The position numbers were made by a program, and so were the translations under genes. The notes beneath the pieces are model-generated. The model was not told the origin of the DNA. It was given only the letters and a program-made list of their open reading frames with translations, and ran no database searches. DNA of 64,000 nt from positions 248,001 to 312,000 of the forward strand of contig MU053995.1 of NCBI GenBank assembly GCA_013239625.1, in the 5' to 3' direction. This document shows, piece by piece, positions 11,280 through 28,344 of this stretch; position 1 is the stretch's first letter, and every line of letters begins with the position of its first letter. The DNA is from Lama guanicoe (Eukaryota).

Positions 11280-13470
11280 AATGATACACAACATTAACAG
11301 AATGAAGAATTAAAATCTCTATCTGTAAAAAATATCTTAAAATTTTAACACCTTTTCATACTAAAAAGCATAAACAAACTGGATATAACCTTAATGATAA
11401 AGCCATCACTGCTAACATCATAATGGTGAAAAGTGAAAGCTTTTCCTCTAAGATCAGATAAAGACAAGGATGCCCACTCTCACTACTCCTGTGCAAAATA
11501 GTATTGGAAGTCCCACCAGAACAATTAGGCAACAAAATAAATAAACACATAAAAGGTATCAAAGTCAGAAGGAAAAAAAGTAACTTCTCTATGTGCAGAT
11601 ATCATAGATGATACGTGGAGATATAAAAAATAATATTCCACCAGAAACCTGTTAGAATAAGCTAATGAATCTAATAAAATGGAAGGATAAAAAATAGCCA
11701 TACAAAAGCCAGTTGTGTTTTTATACCAAACAATGAAATATTTGACAGTGTTTTTCAAATCTTTTACAGCAGCATAAAAACAGTAATAAATAACATCAAT
11801 GAAATTGAGTTCTGTGCACTGAAAATATCTAAGATATTCTTTGAAAAAAATTTGAAGATACAAATGAATTAAAAGATATACCTTATTCACATTGTCAGAA
11901 GAACTAATATTAAGATGATAACAACACCCAAATCCATCTATGGATTCAATGCTATTCCTACCAAAATCCCAATCACAGAATAAAAACAATTTTAAAGTAT
12001 GGAGTCACAAAAGATCCCAAATAGACAAAGCATTCTTTATAAATAAGAACAAAGCTAGAGTGTCACACTTCCAGGTTTCAATGTAAAATTCAAAGCTAAT
12101 CAAAACAATATGGTTCTGGCACAAAAAGCAACATAAACATCAATTAAATAAATTAGAGATCCCAGAAATAAAGCACATGCTTAAATGGTCAACTAATATC
12201 TGACAAAGGAGTTAAAAATTCTTAATGTAGAAAAGATACAGTCTCTTCAAATGTTGTTGGGAAAATAAACTTGTAAAGGAATGAAACTGTACACCTGTAT
12301 TACACTACTCACAAAAATTAACCCAATATGGATTAAGTTAAATGTAAGAACAAAAATGCTGGAACTCTATAAAGAAAATAAAGAAGGAAAGTCCTTGATA
12401 CTGGTTTTGACAACAGGTTTTTTCCCACATTAACACCAAAAGCATAAGTAACAAAAGCAAATAAAATGAGTGGAGCATGTCAAAATAAACAGGAAAAAAA
12501 AGAAAGAGAGAATGAACAAAATGCAATCATACAATTGGAGAAAATTTGTGTCAAACATAAAACAGACAAGGAGTTAATATTAAAAATAAATAAGGAAAAA
12601 AATAAAATAAAAAATAAAAAAGTAAGGTGCTGATACAACTCAACAACAACAACAACAAGAAAGATCTATTAAAAAATGGGCAGAGGAACCATATAGGCAT
12701 TTTTCCAAAGAGAATATCAAAATGCACAATAGATACATGAAAAGATCCTGAACTTCACTAATTATAAGGGCAATGCAAATCAAAACCATAATGAGATACT
12801 AAAGATTATCTAATAAGATATCTGTCAAAATGACCACGAGGACAACACATCAATAGTGCTGAGGATGTTGAGAAAAGCAAGTCCTTGTACATTTGTCATT
12901 CGGAATGTAAAGTGGTACAATCAGTATAGAGCAGTAAGAAGTCTCCTCAAAAGATAAGAACAGAGCTACCCCAGGATGCAGCAATCCCACTTTTGGGTAT
13001 CTATTAAAGGGAAATAAAATCATATCTCAAAGAGATAGACACTCATATGTTCACTGTAGTATTACTCACTGTAGCCAAGAGAAGGAAACATGTAAAAAGG
13101 GCATCAATGAATGATGGTTAAATAAAATTTGGTATGTACATTCAATGGAGTGTTATGTACACATTAAGCAAAGGAAATCTTGCTATTTACAACAACATGG
13201 ATGGACTGTGAGAGTATTATGCTGGGTGAAATAAATCAGACAGAGAAAAGACAAATATTGTTTGATATCACTTACATTCAGAATCTAAACACACCAGCTC
13301 ATAGCAACAGGGAAGAGAATGGTGGCTGTCGGGAGCCAGAGGGTAAAAGGAAATGGGAAGATGTTGGTCAAAGGGTCCAAACTTACAGAATAAAGTTTTG
13401 GGGATCTAATTCTTTTGTACACCCCAAATTTACTCAGTGTTATCTGTCAATTATAACTAAATAAAGCTCA
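11280..13470 (+). mobile_element. Old LINE-1 ORF2/3' UTR
   Basis: aagacaaggatgcccactctcac, gcaaatcaaaaccataatgagatac, ggactgtgagagtattatgctgggtgaaataaatcagac motifs. Confidence 0.88.
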
Positions 13471-13484
13471 AGGTAAAAAGCACT

Positions 13485-16670
<3,186 letters not shown>

Positions 16671-16754
16671 AAGTATAAATAATATAGATCAGAAAGGAAA
16701 ATCATTAAAGGAGTATGTGAAGTAAAATTTAAAATTTTAAGCACATAAAAAGGT

Positions 16755-17365
16755 GCCCCTCCCATTTCGTATGTTTTCAAGGAAATGGAAATTAAAACAA
16801 CACTGAGGTATCAGAATCGCCAAAATCTGGACTTCTAATACCAAATGCTGCTGAGGATGTGAAGCAACAGGAACTTTCTTCCACTGCTAGTGGGAATACA
16901 AAATGCTGCAGCTACTTTGTGAGACAGTTCAGCAATTTTTTACAAAATGATACATACTAAACATGCCAATCCAGCATTCTTACTCTTAATATTTACCCAA
17001 AAGATTTAAAAACATACCCATAGAAAAAACTGCACAGGATGTTTATAGTAACTTTATTCATAATTGAAAAAAACCTAGAAGCAACCAAAATGTCCTTCAA
17101 TAAGTAAATGAATGAATAAACTTTGTTACACCCAGACAATGAAATATTATCCAGTGCCAAAAAGAGATGAGTTTTATCAAGGCATGAAAAGAACTTAAAT
17201 GCATGTTACAAAGTGAAATAAGCCAATCTAGAAAGTCTTCATGCTGCACAATTCCCATGATACGATGTTCTAGAAAAGGCAAAACTACAGAGACAGTAAA
17301 ATGATGAGTTTGGCGCAGGAGGGGAAAGGTGAGAGGTGCTAACAAGTTGGATAGGGGGAATGAAA
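16755..17365 (+). mobile_element. Ancient L1 3' fragment
   Basis: aaatgctgctgaggatgtgaagcaacaggaact, ctagaagcaaccaaaatgtccttcaataagt motifs. Confidence 0.75.
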
Positions 17366-17480
17366 GATTCAATCCCAAGTACCTCCATCAAGATAGATAA
17401 GTAAATAAGTAAACCTAATAACCTCCTCTCCCCAAACAAAATAAAACACAACCAAACAAAATAAAAATAAATAAATACAA
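17365..17480 (+). mobile_element. 3' part of a tRNA-derived SINE resembling camelid Vic-1
   Basis: ttcaatcccaagtacctccatcaa...aataagtaaacctaataacctcctctcccaaacaaaataaaa resembles the recalled Vic-1 B-box and tail. Confidence 0.65.
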
Positions 17481-17904
17481 CACAATGGGCCTATCACCAG
17501 ACTCATTGCTTCAGGATCCCCAAGTTTTCTCACCATCCTTTATGCCTCAACCAGGTACACGTCACTGGGCTTTGTCTAAGTGTCATTCTCAAACATTACT
17601 TAGGGACACACTTGCCTTCCTGAACATCTGTTTGTATTCTGTAGGGCACTAATTTTCACAGTGGAGAAATGGGTCAGTGAGCCTGAAAGGAGATGGGAGA
17701 ACCTTATCGCAGTCAACTCACCTAAGTTTAAAACTCAATGTTACCGAAATCCCAAGGGGGATATCAATCAGCTCACAAAACACTAAGAATCATGCCAAAT
17801 GCGTCTTTCAGTAGTCATGATAAAAACAGTCCTGCTTGATCAGCTGAGCCAGTATTTAGATGCTACCTCCTGTAAATCGGCATTCATTACCCAAAGTAAT
17901 GGAG

Positions 17905-18690
17905 TAGTAAGAACGCTAACATTTCCACAAAACCCCCACTTCGTTTTCCTCTTGGGCACATAGAAAGATCACATTTCCCAGCTTCCTGCATGGCTGAGTG
18001 AAGCCATGTGACCAGGCTATGGCTGGCAGGCTGTAGGGAGAGATAATGTATACCCCTTCCAAGCTTGTCCCGTAAGCTCCTTGCAGGACCCTCCATGTTC
18101 TCTCATGTCCTTTGCCTGTCGGCCAAAAACAAACAGCACAGCAGAGGAAGGTTGCTATGGTCTAAATATCTGTGTCCCCCTCAAAATTTGTATGTTGAAA
18201 TCTTATTGCCCAATTTGAAGGTATTGGGGGGTAGGACCTTTGGGAAGTGTCACAGTCATGAGGGTGGAGCCCTCAGGAATGGGATTAGTGCCCTTACAGA
18301 AAAGGCCCCAGACAGCTCACCTCACCCTCAACACAGTGAGGAACTGCTGGCTCTAAACCAGACAGAAGGCCCTCACCAGAGCCTTACCATGCTGGAAACT
18401 TGATCTTAGACTTTCAGCCTCCATAAGTGTGAGGTAAAATTTTCTGTTGTTTGTAAGCAACCCAGTCTGTGATATTTTCAAACAGCAGCATGGATGGACT
18501 AAGACGATAGCAAAGCGTGAGTACTTGGGAGAGCCAAACCATGGAGGAAGCCTGGGTCCCTGAGTGACTCCATGGATCACAGTATGGAAAGTCCCTTCCC
18601 CACCCCCATGGCCCATACTGAACTGACATGAGCAAGAAATTTCTATTCTGTTAAACAACCGAGATTTTGAGCTGTTTTTTAAAAGTCAGA
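17905..18690. mobile_element. MaLR (MLT1-type) LTR with a second MLT1 LTR nested at about 18153-18505
   Basis: tgctatggtctaaatatctgtgtcccc...aatgggattagtgcccttac...gactttcagcctcc...ggactaagac. Confidence 0.75.
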
Positions 18691-20559
18691 TGGCTGACTT
18701 ATTGGAGATCCGAAAAAAGGAGAGAAATAATCAGAATCTGTGAAAAGTCTGAATATTTACCTTACTTGGTTATGTGACCATCCTTAGTGATTCAGAACAT
18801 ATGAGCCAAGCACAGACATTATTTGGAAAGGGCTGGATTGTTCATCCTTCCTCTGGAGTCTGGAGGTAGAAGGGGTAAAAAGGATCACTATTTTTCTGTT
18901 ATTGACAGCACTTATCACTTTGTAATATAATCATTATTTGACATGGCTGCCTCCCCTACCAGTCTGTGAGTTACTTGAAAGAAAAGATGCTGTTTCTCTA
19001 ACTAACTCATCTTTTTAAGTCAGAGCCCTCACATACCACAAGCCTTCATTGAACTGTTTGCTAAATTCATCAGGCCAATTCAGAAACTGATACTACATAA
19101 AAATCAGAATGGAGCCAATTAGTAGTCAAGGAACAATTGGAAGAGGACAGACTAAAGAGAGAAAAGAGCACACAGAATTTGATGGAGTTCCCAAAGTCTA
19201 AATTTTAAGAAAAATAGGGCTCAGGAAGCCATGGCGCTCCCAGATCATTCCTTCCTTGTGTAACAGCTCTTCTTAGATAGATATATCATTAGAAGGAAGA
19301 AAGGTACTTCAGTAGACTGCAGAGCTTCATGAAATATCCTGCAAGACCTACCACATCCTCTGTCCCCATTCTCTACCAACCAAGCCAATTTCTCACCTAT
19401 ATCATGATTTTCTGAAGGCAGGCCTGTCCTCCAGGGAGAAAGATGTTAGCAAGATTTTCTTTCCTCCAGCAAAGAAAAAAAGTATGCAAAGACAAACCAA
19501 TCTAGGAGGTACGTCAGAAGACCAGCACACTTCCTGGGGCCTCTACTTCCCCAAGGATCCTACTGGTTCTCAGACGGTTCGGACACTGATGAACGGAAGT
19601 CACAACACCTGAAAAAGACCAAGAACTGGTGACTGAAGAAGCATAAAGTCTTTCTGGGTAAGTTCTGTTGACTCATACTAACAATGGACCCAGACTGCAA
19701 ACAAGTTTTTAGAACTTAACAGGAGGAAAAACTTCCAATTTAGGCAGCATAGAAGCCTGTACAACTGCTTACAGGACTGAAAGCTTGTTCTAAAGTGGAT
19801 AAAAAAAATCTTTGTCCTACCCATAAAGAAAAAGGAATAAATGCATAAGATCTCTGAATTTTAAGATTTTTACACTATATTTACTAAACACTAGAACCTC
19901 CTAAATTACTGTTTTCTAACCCTAGCACAAAATGGTTGTCACCCTCCTGCATATTCAAATTCCCAGGAGAAGATAAAAAAAATACCTAGGCCCCATTCTC
20001 AAAGAAACTGATATGGTCAATCTGGAGAAGAAAGGCACCTGAGCATCAGGATTTCTAAAGCTCCACTGATGAGCTGTAATGTGTAAAGAAGATGGGAAAA
20101 TATACTCCTAGCTAAAAAAGAAAAGCTGAAAAAATCAGCAAATGAACAAGAAAGGAAAATAGCTAAATAGTTACCCCAAGATCTCTGTACAAGATAGTAC
20201 ATGAGTTTATAGTTACTATTTGACACTAAATTACACATTAATGATCATTATTCTGCTTGCAAAACTAGTACACAGCTAACACATGATGTAACAGAATAGC
20301 TATTTCCTATGCTCTACCACAAAGAACAAATTGACAAGGAAGGTATTTCATGAGGGCTTCAGAATATCATAAAGGTCTGTACCACACTTCAGAAGATCAC
20401 AAGAAGTCAAGTGATAAACAAGATGAAGCCTTGGAAGTGATAATAGCATCATGGTGGCATAACACATCCCTTGTTTTTGTCCCCTCTTATCATCTAAACT
20501 TATGCATTCATCCATGAAAAAAAGTGCCTCTGTGGGAGTTGTAGAATTCTGCACACCTG

Positions 20560-23340
20560 AGGATCACGTAACAGGTAGAGACACCTTGTTACGGGCTGTG
20601 GAAACAACAGAATACTGTCAACTGATCCCAGCCCTAACTGACTACAGTCGAGGAAGATCTGCAGAAGACTAACTTGGGCAGTCACCCACAGGTGAGATGT
20701 GTAAGTCCATCTTACACATCTAGAGAAGTTCCAGTTTTCCATCAAAGGAAAAAAAAATACATATGCAGGTTGGAATGGGTGGGTAGAATTTTGCCAACAT
20801 CACCCCTCTCCCCTAGGCAGCACAATTAGACCTAGAGGAAGTCAGCAATCCAACTGAGGGGAAAAAAAAGAAAAGTAATTTGGCATCTGCCTTCACCAAC
20901 TGTACAGCACTCTGCTAAAGAAATTCAGGAAAGAACAAGACCATCAGAGGAGCTTAAATGGACATGTTTCCTACTGACACTGTTCTGGAGGCCAATAGGA
21001 AGTCCATCACAAAGCACTGAGAAAACACCACCTGAAGATCCCCACAAGGAGCCCAAAGGCAATCCCAACGCTCCAAATGCCAAAATCACACCTCTCCCCA
21101 ATTCTATAGCTGGTTCCTTGTGTGTACTCCTGAGGGTAGCTGTGAGAGCTCAGGCACAGAAAAGGTGTGCACAGAAAATAGGAAAGGATGTGCAGATAAG
21201 ACCCAAAAAACAAACAAACAAATAAAAACATTATTAGTGCTATACTGCCATCAAGAAAATGAAAGAGAAAAAAAACAAAAATGAAAGAGAAGTTTCAAGC
21301 AGCTAACCTAGTATGTTATAAGATCAAGAGAAGATACCAAGTTTAAGAATTCTGCCCCATGTCAAAGCAAGAAGTGTGGAGCAGGTATAATCAGGTCCAA
21401 AAAAAAAAAAAAAACCTATTTCCACCAAAAGGCAGCTAGTAAAAATTAGAGGAGATTATACTGCTTCAAATTCAAAAACAGCAACACCAAACTCAAAGAA
21501 TACAAAGAATCAATGAAACATGACCAATTGTGACTATAATCCTCCAATAACCAAACCCAAACAGATTGAAATATGCAAAATACCTAATAAGAAATTCAAT
21601 ATAGATGTCTCAAAAACTTAATGAACTACAACAAACACAGAAAGATAAAAATCAGGAAAACACATGAACAAAATGAGACACTCAACAGACAAATCATAAA
21701 CAAAAAAGAATCACAGAGAAAATCTGCAGCAGAATTCAATGAATGAAATGAAGAATGAAATAGATAACAATACAGGACCAGACGAATTTAAAAAAAAAAA
21801 AAAGAATCAGTAAGTTAAAGGAAAAAAAAAGAAAACTCTGAAAAACTCAGTCAATCAAGAACAAAGGAAAAAGAATGAAAAAGACTAAAGAAAGCTTATG
21901 CGATATATAGGACTGTCAGAATCAGTGGAGTCAAAAAGCGGAAGCGAGGCAAAAGGGGGCAGAAAGCTTATTTAAACAAATAATGACTGAGAACTTCCCA
22001 AATCTGGGGAACCCTTGAATACTCAACTTCACGAAGATAAGACACTACCCTATTAGACCAATTCAAAATAATCTTCCCCATGATTCACTATAATGAAATT
22101 GTCAAAAATCAAAGATACACAGACTCCTAAAAGCAAGACAAAGGGAAAAAACAACTGTAAACTACAAATAGACCCCTAATTAGGCTGTGAGCAGACTTCT
22201 AGCAGAAATCTTATAGACCAGGACTGTATGATAACATATAACCAAAGCACAGAAAGAAAAAAGTGTCAAACAAGAATACACCACCCAGCAAAATTATTAT
22301 TCAGATACACAGAATAAACAAAGACTTACCCAGAAAACCAAATTGAGGGAGTTTATCACCAGTACACCTGCATTACCAGAAATGCTGAAAGCAGTTCTTT
22401 GTTCAAACAGAAATGAAAAGACAACAACCACTAATATGAAAAGGTACAAAAGTATATATAATGTACTGGTAAAGGTAATTATATAGCTAGATTCAAAAAA
22501 TCCTAACTGTCGTATGACTGTCTGCTAACCACACTAAACTGCAACATAAAAGTTAAATGAAAGGAATATTAAAAATAACTGTAGCTACTATAATAGCTAG
22601 CAAATACACAACATAAACAAAATAAACTATGACACTAAAAATAACAATGGCAGGAGAAAAAGAATAGTCTTTGTATTCAACCAAAGTTAAGTTGATACCA
22701 TTGTAAAAGAGAATGTTATAACTTAAAAACATTTTATGTAAGTCTCATTGTTACCACACAGCAAAAACATACAATACATTCACAAAGATAAAGACAAAGC
22801 AATAAAAGCACACCATCATAGAAAACCACAAGTTCACAAACATAAAAGCAGACAAGTAAAAGGGAAGAACACAAATACAAAAAAAAAAAAGCCACAAAAC
22901 AGTGAAAAGATGACATTAGCTAGTAACCCTGAAATATCAATAATAACTCCAAATGTAAACAATTGAATTCACTAATCAAAAGGTACAAAGTGACTAAAGA
23001 AATAGAAAAAAAAAAAGGAAAAATGATACTCAACTCTATCTACCAAAAAACTCATTTCAGTTTTAAGGACGCACATAGGTACAAAACAAAGGAATGGAAA
23101 ACAATATTCCATGCAAATGAAACCGAAAGAGGGGATATCTATCCTTCTATCAGACAAAGCCACTTAAGCCAAAAAATTATTAACAAGAGACAAGGAAGAT
23201 CATCATTTGATGATAAAAGAATCAATACATCACAAATGCATTAACAATTATAAACATGCATGTACCATCAGAGCACCTATATTAGGCAAACAGTAATCGA
23301 TCAGCAGTCAGAAAGCACAATAGAATGACTGCTGTAGGGG
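20560..23340 (+). mobile_element. Old LINE-1 5' UTR/ORF1/start of ORF2
   Basis: aataatgactgagaacttcccaaatctgg and gcagacttctagcagaaatctt (ORF1); tattccatgcaaatgaaa (ORF2). Confidence 0.8.
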
Positions 23341-26294
23341 AGCCACAGATAGATACTCCAGACAGAAATTTAATTAGGAAAATTGCATTCTATGAAAACA
23401 ATCTGACAGAAAGCACATACATATAAAGAACCTTTCAAAGCACTATTAAACGAAGCAAAAATATTCTCCTATACTGCCAGATGATAAATATCTTTTTATA
23501 AAGTAGTCACTGAACTCTGACTTAATACATATGTGTGCCACAAATGTAAACAACACAAGACCCACTCAAAAACACTCAAATGTTAAGCCAAAAAAAATAG
23601 TAAATTAACTTTATAGTTTTTATCAAACTCTTGGGTATGATTTCCAGTAAACAACTACAAAAATTATACACACAGTTACTAATTTACAGACATAATTAAT
23701 TTAAAACTAAGGTAGTTCACAATGAAATTTTTAAACATGATTTAAAATATTGAGCTTTTTGCCACTTCCCTAACAATTTCCTTATATCCTCTTTTCTACA
23801 ATTTTTTAAAAATACTGTTACAATTATTCATCAACATACCATCTGCTATAAATAACCAATTGAAGGTGTTAAACACACCAACACAACTTGAATGGAATGA
23901 CTAAAATTCCAGAAGATTTTCTTTACAATCTTAACCTTTAATTATACAGTACTTTGCTTTAAGTGGTATAGTTTAATGCAACTACAATTTGTTTAAATAC
24001 AAAATAATATTTAATGTCAGCAACAACTTTCACCTAGCCTACTTCATTAATCTATGCCTCCATGTTTTCATTTTCTTTAAAAAAAAAAAAAACACTATCA
24101 TTTATTTACCTTCTTTCCTGTCAGTTGTTTTGTGACAGTCCTCATTTTTTGAGCACAAGCTTTTGCATAAATCAAACCTGACTTTAAAAGGCTTAAAATG
24201 TCAGATGCAAATGGAGCAAACACTGCATTTAGAAGCACATTTTATTTCTACATAATAAAAATTAATTAAAAGTTTAAAGGACAGTCATCTACAAAAAGTG
24301 ACAATTTTCTGTTTTGAAAGAGGAAAAACAAATATAATACCCTTCAACAGGCTCCATGTAAGAATTTTTGGCAAGCCATAATTCAGGCAAGGTATGATGG
24401 AAAATGAAGTTCACACTGCTGAATTTTTGAATTTTCAGTTCTTAAAAATATTGTCTCATAAAAGTATTCATGTATTTTTACTTTAGAAAAAAAATGCAGA
24501 ATATTCACTTGTGTTGACTGGAGTGGTATTTTAGCATTTAAGCAGTACTTTTTTAAAAATCTCTAACTAAATGATGTCTGAAAACAAAATATGAAAAGTC
24601 ATTCAATAACACAAACTAATCTGTATAAAAAGGAACACAGGAAATGTGTATGAGTTACATGTTACTGAAGATTATACAAGCTAATTTCTATAGTCTGTTC
24701 ATGGAAGTTCCTTGTTTTATCATTAAAACAGAAATTTTCATATTCGTATTTTCATTATGTCTCTCCATTCCAATATAACCAAACTGTTCTATGTTACCCT
24801 CATAAAATGAGCTTTAGTGAATGAATTGGTTCATTTTCCAGCTGTCTGGGTTTTTAACAGACACACAGCATGACGTCCCAAGCAACTTCAGAAACTTCAG
24901 AACTATCTAAGGCTTGATCAGACATCTGTGACCCTAGACTGTGGTTAAAATTATATGATGTCATCTGATTTTCAAAGTACCTACATATCTTACAATCCTT
25001 CAAAGTTGTGCTAGGATTCATCTGAGTCCGTAAGTTTGCAGTGTTCTATGAGAATGTTAGGAATCACGACGCTTTTGCCTTTCTTTGCTTTTCCCCATCT
25101 GAACCCAGAGAAATGTTCAAACAATAATTCAGCAGCTTCCCTCCTCAAAAGTTGGTTTTCAAGCGCCAGTGCCATGCAAGCGCTGCCTTTCCTGTACAGG
25201 TAGGAGGAAGCAGGAGCGATGTCACCATGCTGGGCCCTTTTCAAGTCTTAAAATCACTGGGAAGCTTGCAGTATTTCCTTTCTGGCACTCAGGCCCACCG
25301 TGGAAAGAAGCTGCTCCAGACAGGACAAGATACCAGATAATCACTGGAAACGCTCGGTTTCAACAGAATTCCAACTCCACAAAAAAAGGCATCTCTACAA
25401 AAGCAGTTGACCCACTGAAATCAGCAGACTATCGAACAAAAAGTTAAGGAAAAACGTCATTACGTGAATTTAATTCATCTCAATCTGGTAGTGCTTTTAG
25501 AAGAATCCCTTTTTCACTCCATAGGATTTACTTACATGAATAATACGATAATGTTCTATTCGTATGTTGCACAAAAAGGGCACCTAAAATACAACTTTTG
25601 TTTTCCATTTATCCCAAAAGCATGTGGGTCTAATCAGTCCATTCTGGCCAGAGTACACAAGGCTATTTCCGTCAGAATTGTAACTGAGTTTTTAAGGCGC
25701 TAAAGAGTAACCATCACAGTTTGATGGTTACCCCTAAAGAATCGGGAATCCCTGAAGTGTCCCATCTGGCACAGTCTTCGAATGGAAATAAGGCTGAGCC
25801 AGCCAGACAAGGAACCCACACCACGAAGCTGGGGCTCAAGTTTGTGCACCCAGATGACGGCTCATCTGGCCACCGCGGGACCGGGGGCGCCTGTGGGGCC
25901 ACAGCCGGGGGCGGTGGGCCACAGAGGCCCGGCAGGGATGGGCGAGGCCGTGGCGGAAAAAGGAAGAGAGGGCCATCCGTCAGCCTCTGGAGAGGAAATT
26001 CCAGGCGCCCAGCTCCCAAGGCATCGGTCAGCGGGTGATATGAGGGGACCAAGTCAGAGTGTCCGCCCGCGGTGGAGGCCGGAGAAGCCGGGGCTCCGCA
26101 ATCCGAGGGCTCGAGGCCGGGAGAGGGTTCGCCTTGATTCCCGGCCAGGGCCCCTGGGATGGGGGCGCACGGATCCCCGCCCGGGCCCCGGGGACGCACG
26201 ATCTTCGCCCAGACCCAGAGGCCTCCCGGTGTCCTCTCCTTGGGCCCGAAGGATGGGGCGCCCCAATCCCAGCCCGGGCCCGCGCCCCCCTTAC

Positions 26295-26511
26295 CGGTCG
26301 CGCGGGTCGATCCACGATGTCTGGCGCGTGTTGTGGTCTATGTAAAAGACGCGGCCGTCGTAGTCGCGCGCCTCCTCCCAGCCAGCGGGCAGCGGCAGCT
26401 CGGCGCTCTCTCGGGCCCGCGGCGGCGGCGGCGCGGAGGGCGCGGGGGCCGCGGGGACCGCGGTGGGAGCCGCGGACGGCGGCGGCTCCCTCTGGGGCTG
26501 CGCGGGCGGCG
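26295..26511 (-). CDS. WWC3: WWC3(Y) exon 1, visible coding part: [72 protein letters not shown] (WW1)
   Basis: Manual translation gives a canonical WW domain; donor gaccg|gtaagg; the start codon probably lies in the N gap. Confidence 0.95.
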
Positions 26512-26586
26512 NNNNNNNNNNNNNNNNNNNNNNNNNNNNNNNNNNNNNNNNNNNNNNNNNNNNNNNNNNNNNNNNNNNNNNNNNNN
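26512..26586. other. Assembly gap (75 N)
   Basis: Run of n inside the CpG island. Confidence 1.
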
Positions 26587-27924
26587 CCGCCGCCCGGCCG
26601 CCCCACGCGCGCCGCCTCCTCCGCCAGCACTAAGGCCCGGCGCCCGGGGCGCGGGGGCGGCCGCGGGGAGCCGCCCGCCGCGCCCGGTACATCCTCCGCC
26701 CGGCGCCCGTGCACCGGCGCCCGCCTGCCGCCCACTCTGCTTGGGTCAGATGGTTGTAGTCACTCTTGATAAGTTACAGTCTCGAAGCCCGCGCCACAGG
26801 CCGTCCTGACGGTCCCTCCATTCCTAAGGAATGCACGGCCATGTTAGTCTTGTTCGCGGCAAGACCGTGGGTGGGATATTGTAAGCATTATACCCCACCT
26901 CCTTCCTCTACCTACTAGCTCCTCCCACAGACTTCTTACGGCTTTATACTCTTCCTCAGGCACCAGTCGCTTCCTAGTGCTGCCTCAGGTTTTCACTTTC
27001 CGTTTTTGCCCTTCTGCTGCTGTTCTTCCCGATCCTCCTCCTCATTTCAGTTATTCCTAACCTACCCCGCCACTCTTCGTACAGTCTTCCTTACTTGCTT
27101 TTCCTCCAATCTCTTTTCCTGTTCCCCCCACCCCTTTTATTTCTGCAGACCGCCACTGCTCTTCTTTCTCTCCTTTCTGCAATCACCTTCCCAACGTTTC
27201 CTTTCTTTCCTCCACTTTCCCTTCATATTCCTCTTCGCTGCGCTCTTTCCTCTTCCCTTCCTAGCTAAGATCTACTTCCCACATGCAGCCACCTGATAGA
27301 TAACCTGGGGCTGAATCAGCGACCCAAACAATTCCAGAGAAAGAAGGCACTCACCTCACTTCAGCACTGCACTGGACTCTTAAGCCCTAAAACCCTGGGA
27401 CCCTCCACTGTGCTTATGTAAGCAGTGAAAGATGACGGCATTGGGGGAGGGGGGTGCTGCGCCCTGCGTAGCCTGAATTCCCAACCTGGCCGCTCAAAAG
27501 TGAATAAATAGCCTGAGGGAAGGCTAGAGAGCTTAGTAGCTTGAAAAGGAAACTGCACCAGGTTTTCCTGGTTGAAACAGGGAGGACGCACCTAGAAGTG
27601 TGGATCTGGACAACTCATTACCTCATATACCCATCAGGACAGTTCTAAAACGGCCGATCCTGGTCTTCACTCTATTTGGAGCCTCCTGATTGTCCCTGAC
27701 TCTTCCATCTTCCAAACTGTGGGAGCCCACTAATTTTGAACGCAGATCAGACTAAGAAACTGCTGGGCAAGGAATTAGGTGAACACCTAAAATGTTTAGA
27801 CTTTGATGGTAATTTACTTTTCACTCAAATATCAAACCTAGAGAAACAAGCCACAAATCTTTGGACGCTTTCCTCCTCTAAATCTCTCAGCTTCTTAATG
27901 CTCCAAGCATGTTATGAACTAAGG

Positions 27925-28290
27925 AGTGTGTCATACTAATCCCCTTCCTCTTGTGTTCACATACTCTAAGTACCAATCCCCAGAATAAATGATTGGAAGG
28001 ATATTTGGAGGTAGGGCCTTCAAAGCTGTGATTAAGTTAAAATGAGGCCCTTAAAATGACTCTTAATTCAATCTGAATGGCCCCTTTAAGAAGAGGAAGT
28101 TTGTACATGCAGGGTTGTGTATACACAGAGAACATAGTCAGCAAAAGGATGTCCATCTGCAAGACAGATGAAGAAACTAACCCTGCCAGCACCCTGAGCC
28201 TTATCTTCCACCCTATATAATGATAATAAGACAAATTTCTGTTGTTTTGCCACTAAAATCTGTGGTACAAGGCAGTCCTAGCAAACTAAT
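27925..28290 (+). mobile_element. MaLR MLT1-type LTR
   Basis: gtgattaagttaaaatgaggcc...cctttaagaagaggaa...aaatttctgttgtt...cctagcaaactaat. Confidence 0.75.
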
Positions 28291-28344
28291 TCAAGAGCTC
28301 TGAGTGCAATACTTTATGCCAGGAAGGTGTAGTGGTATGGCTTT

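Larger units (their letters stand above)
25860..26810 (-). promoter_or_regulatory. CpG island spanning the WWC3(Y) promoter and exon 1
   Basis: Very high G+C and CpG density; GC-box-like ccgccc motifs. Confidence 0.92.

Noticed and set aside
25714..26809. Long Arg/Gly/Pro-rich ORFs in several frames
   Set aside because: Artefacts of stop-poor CpG-island sequence; only the WW-encoding frame is supported.
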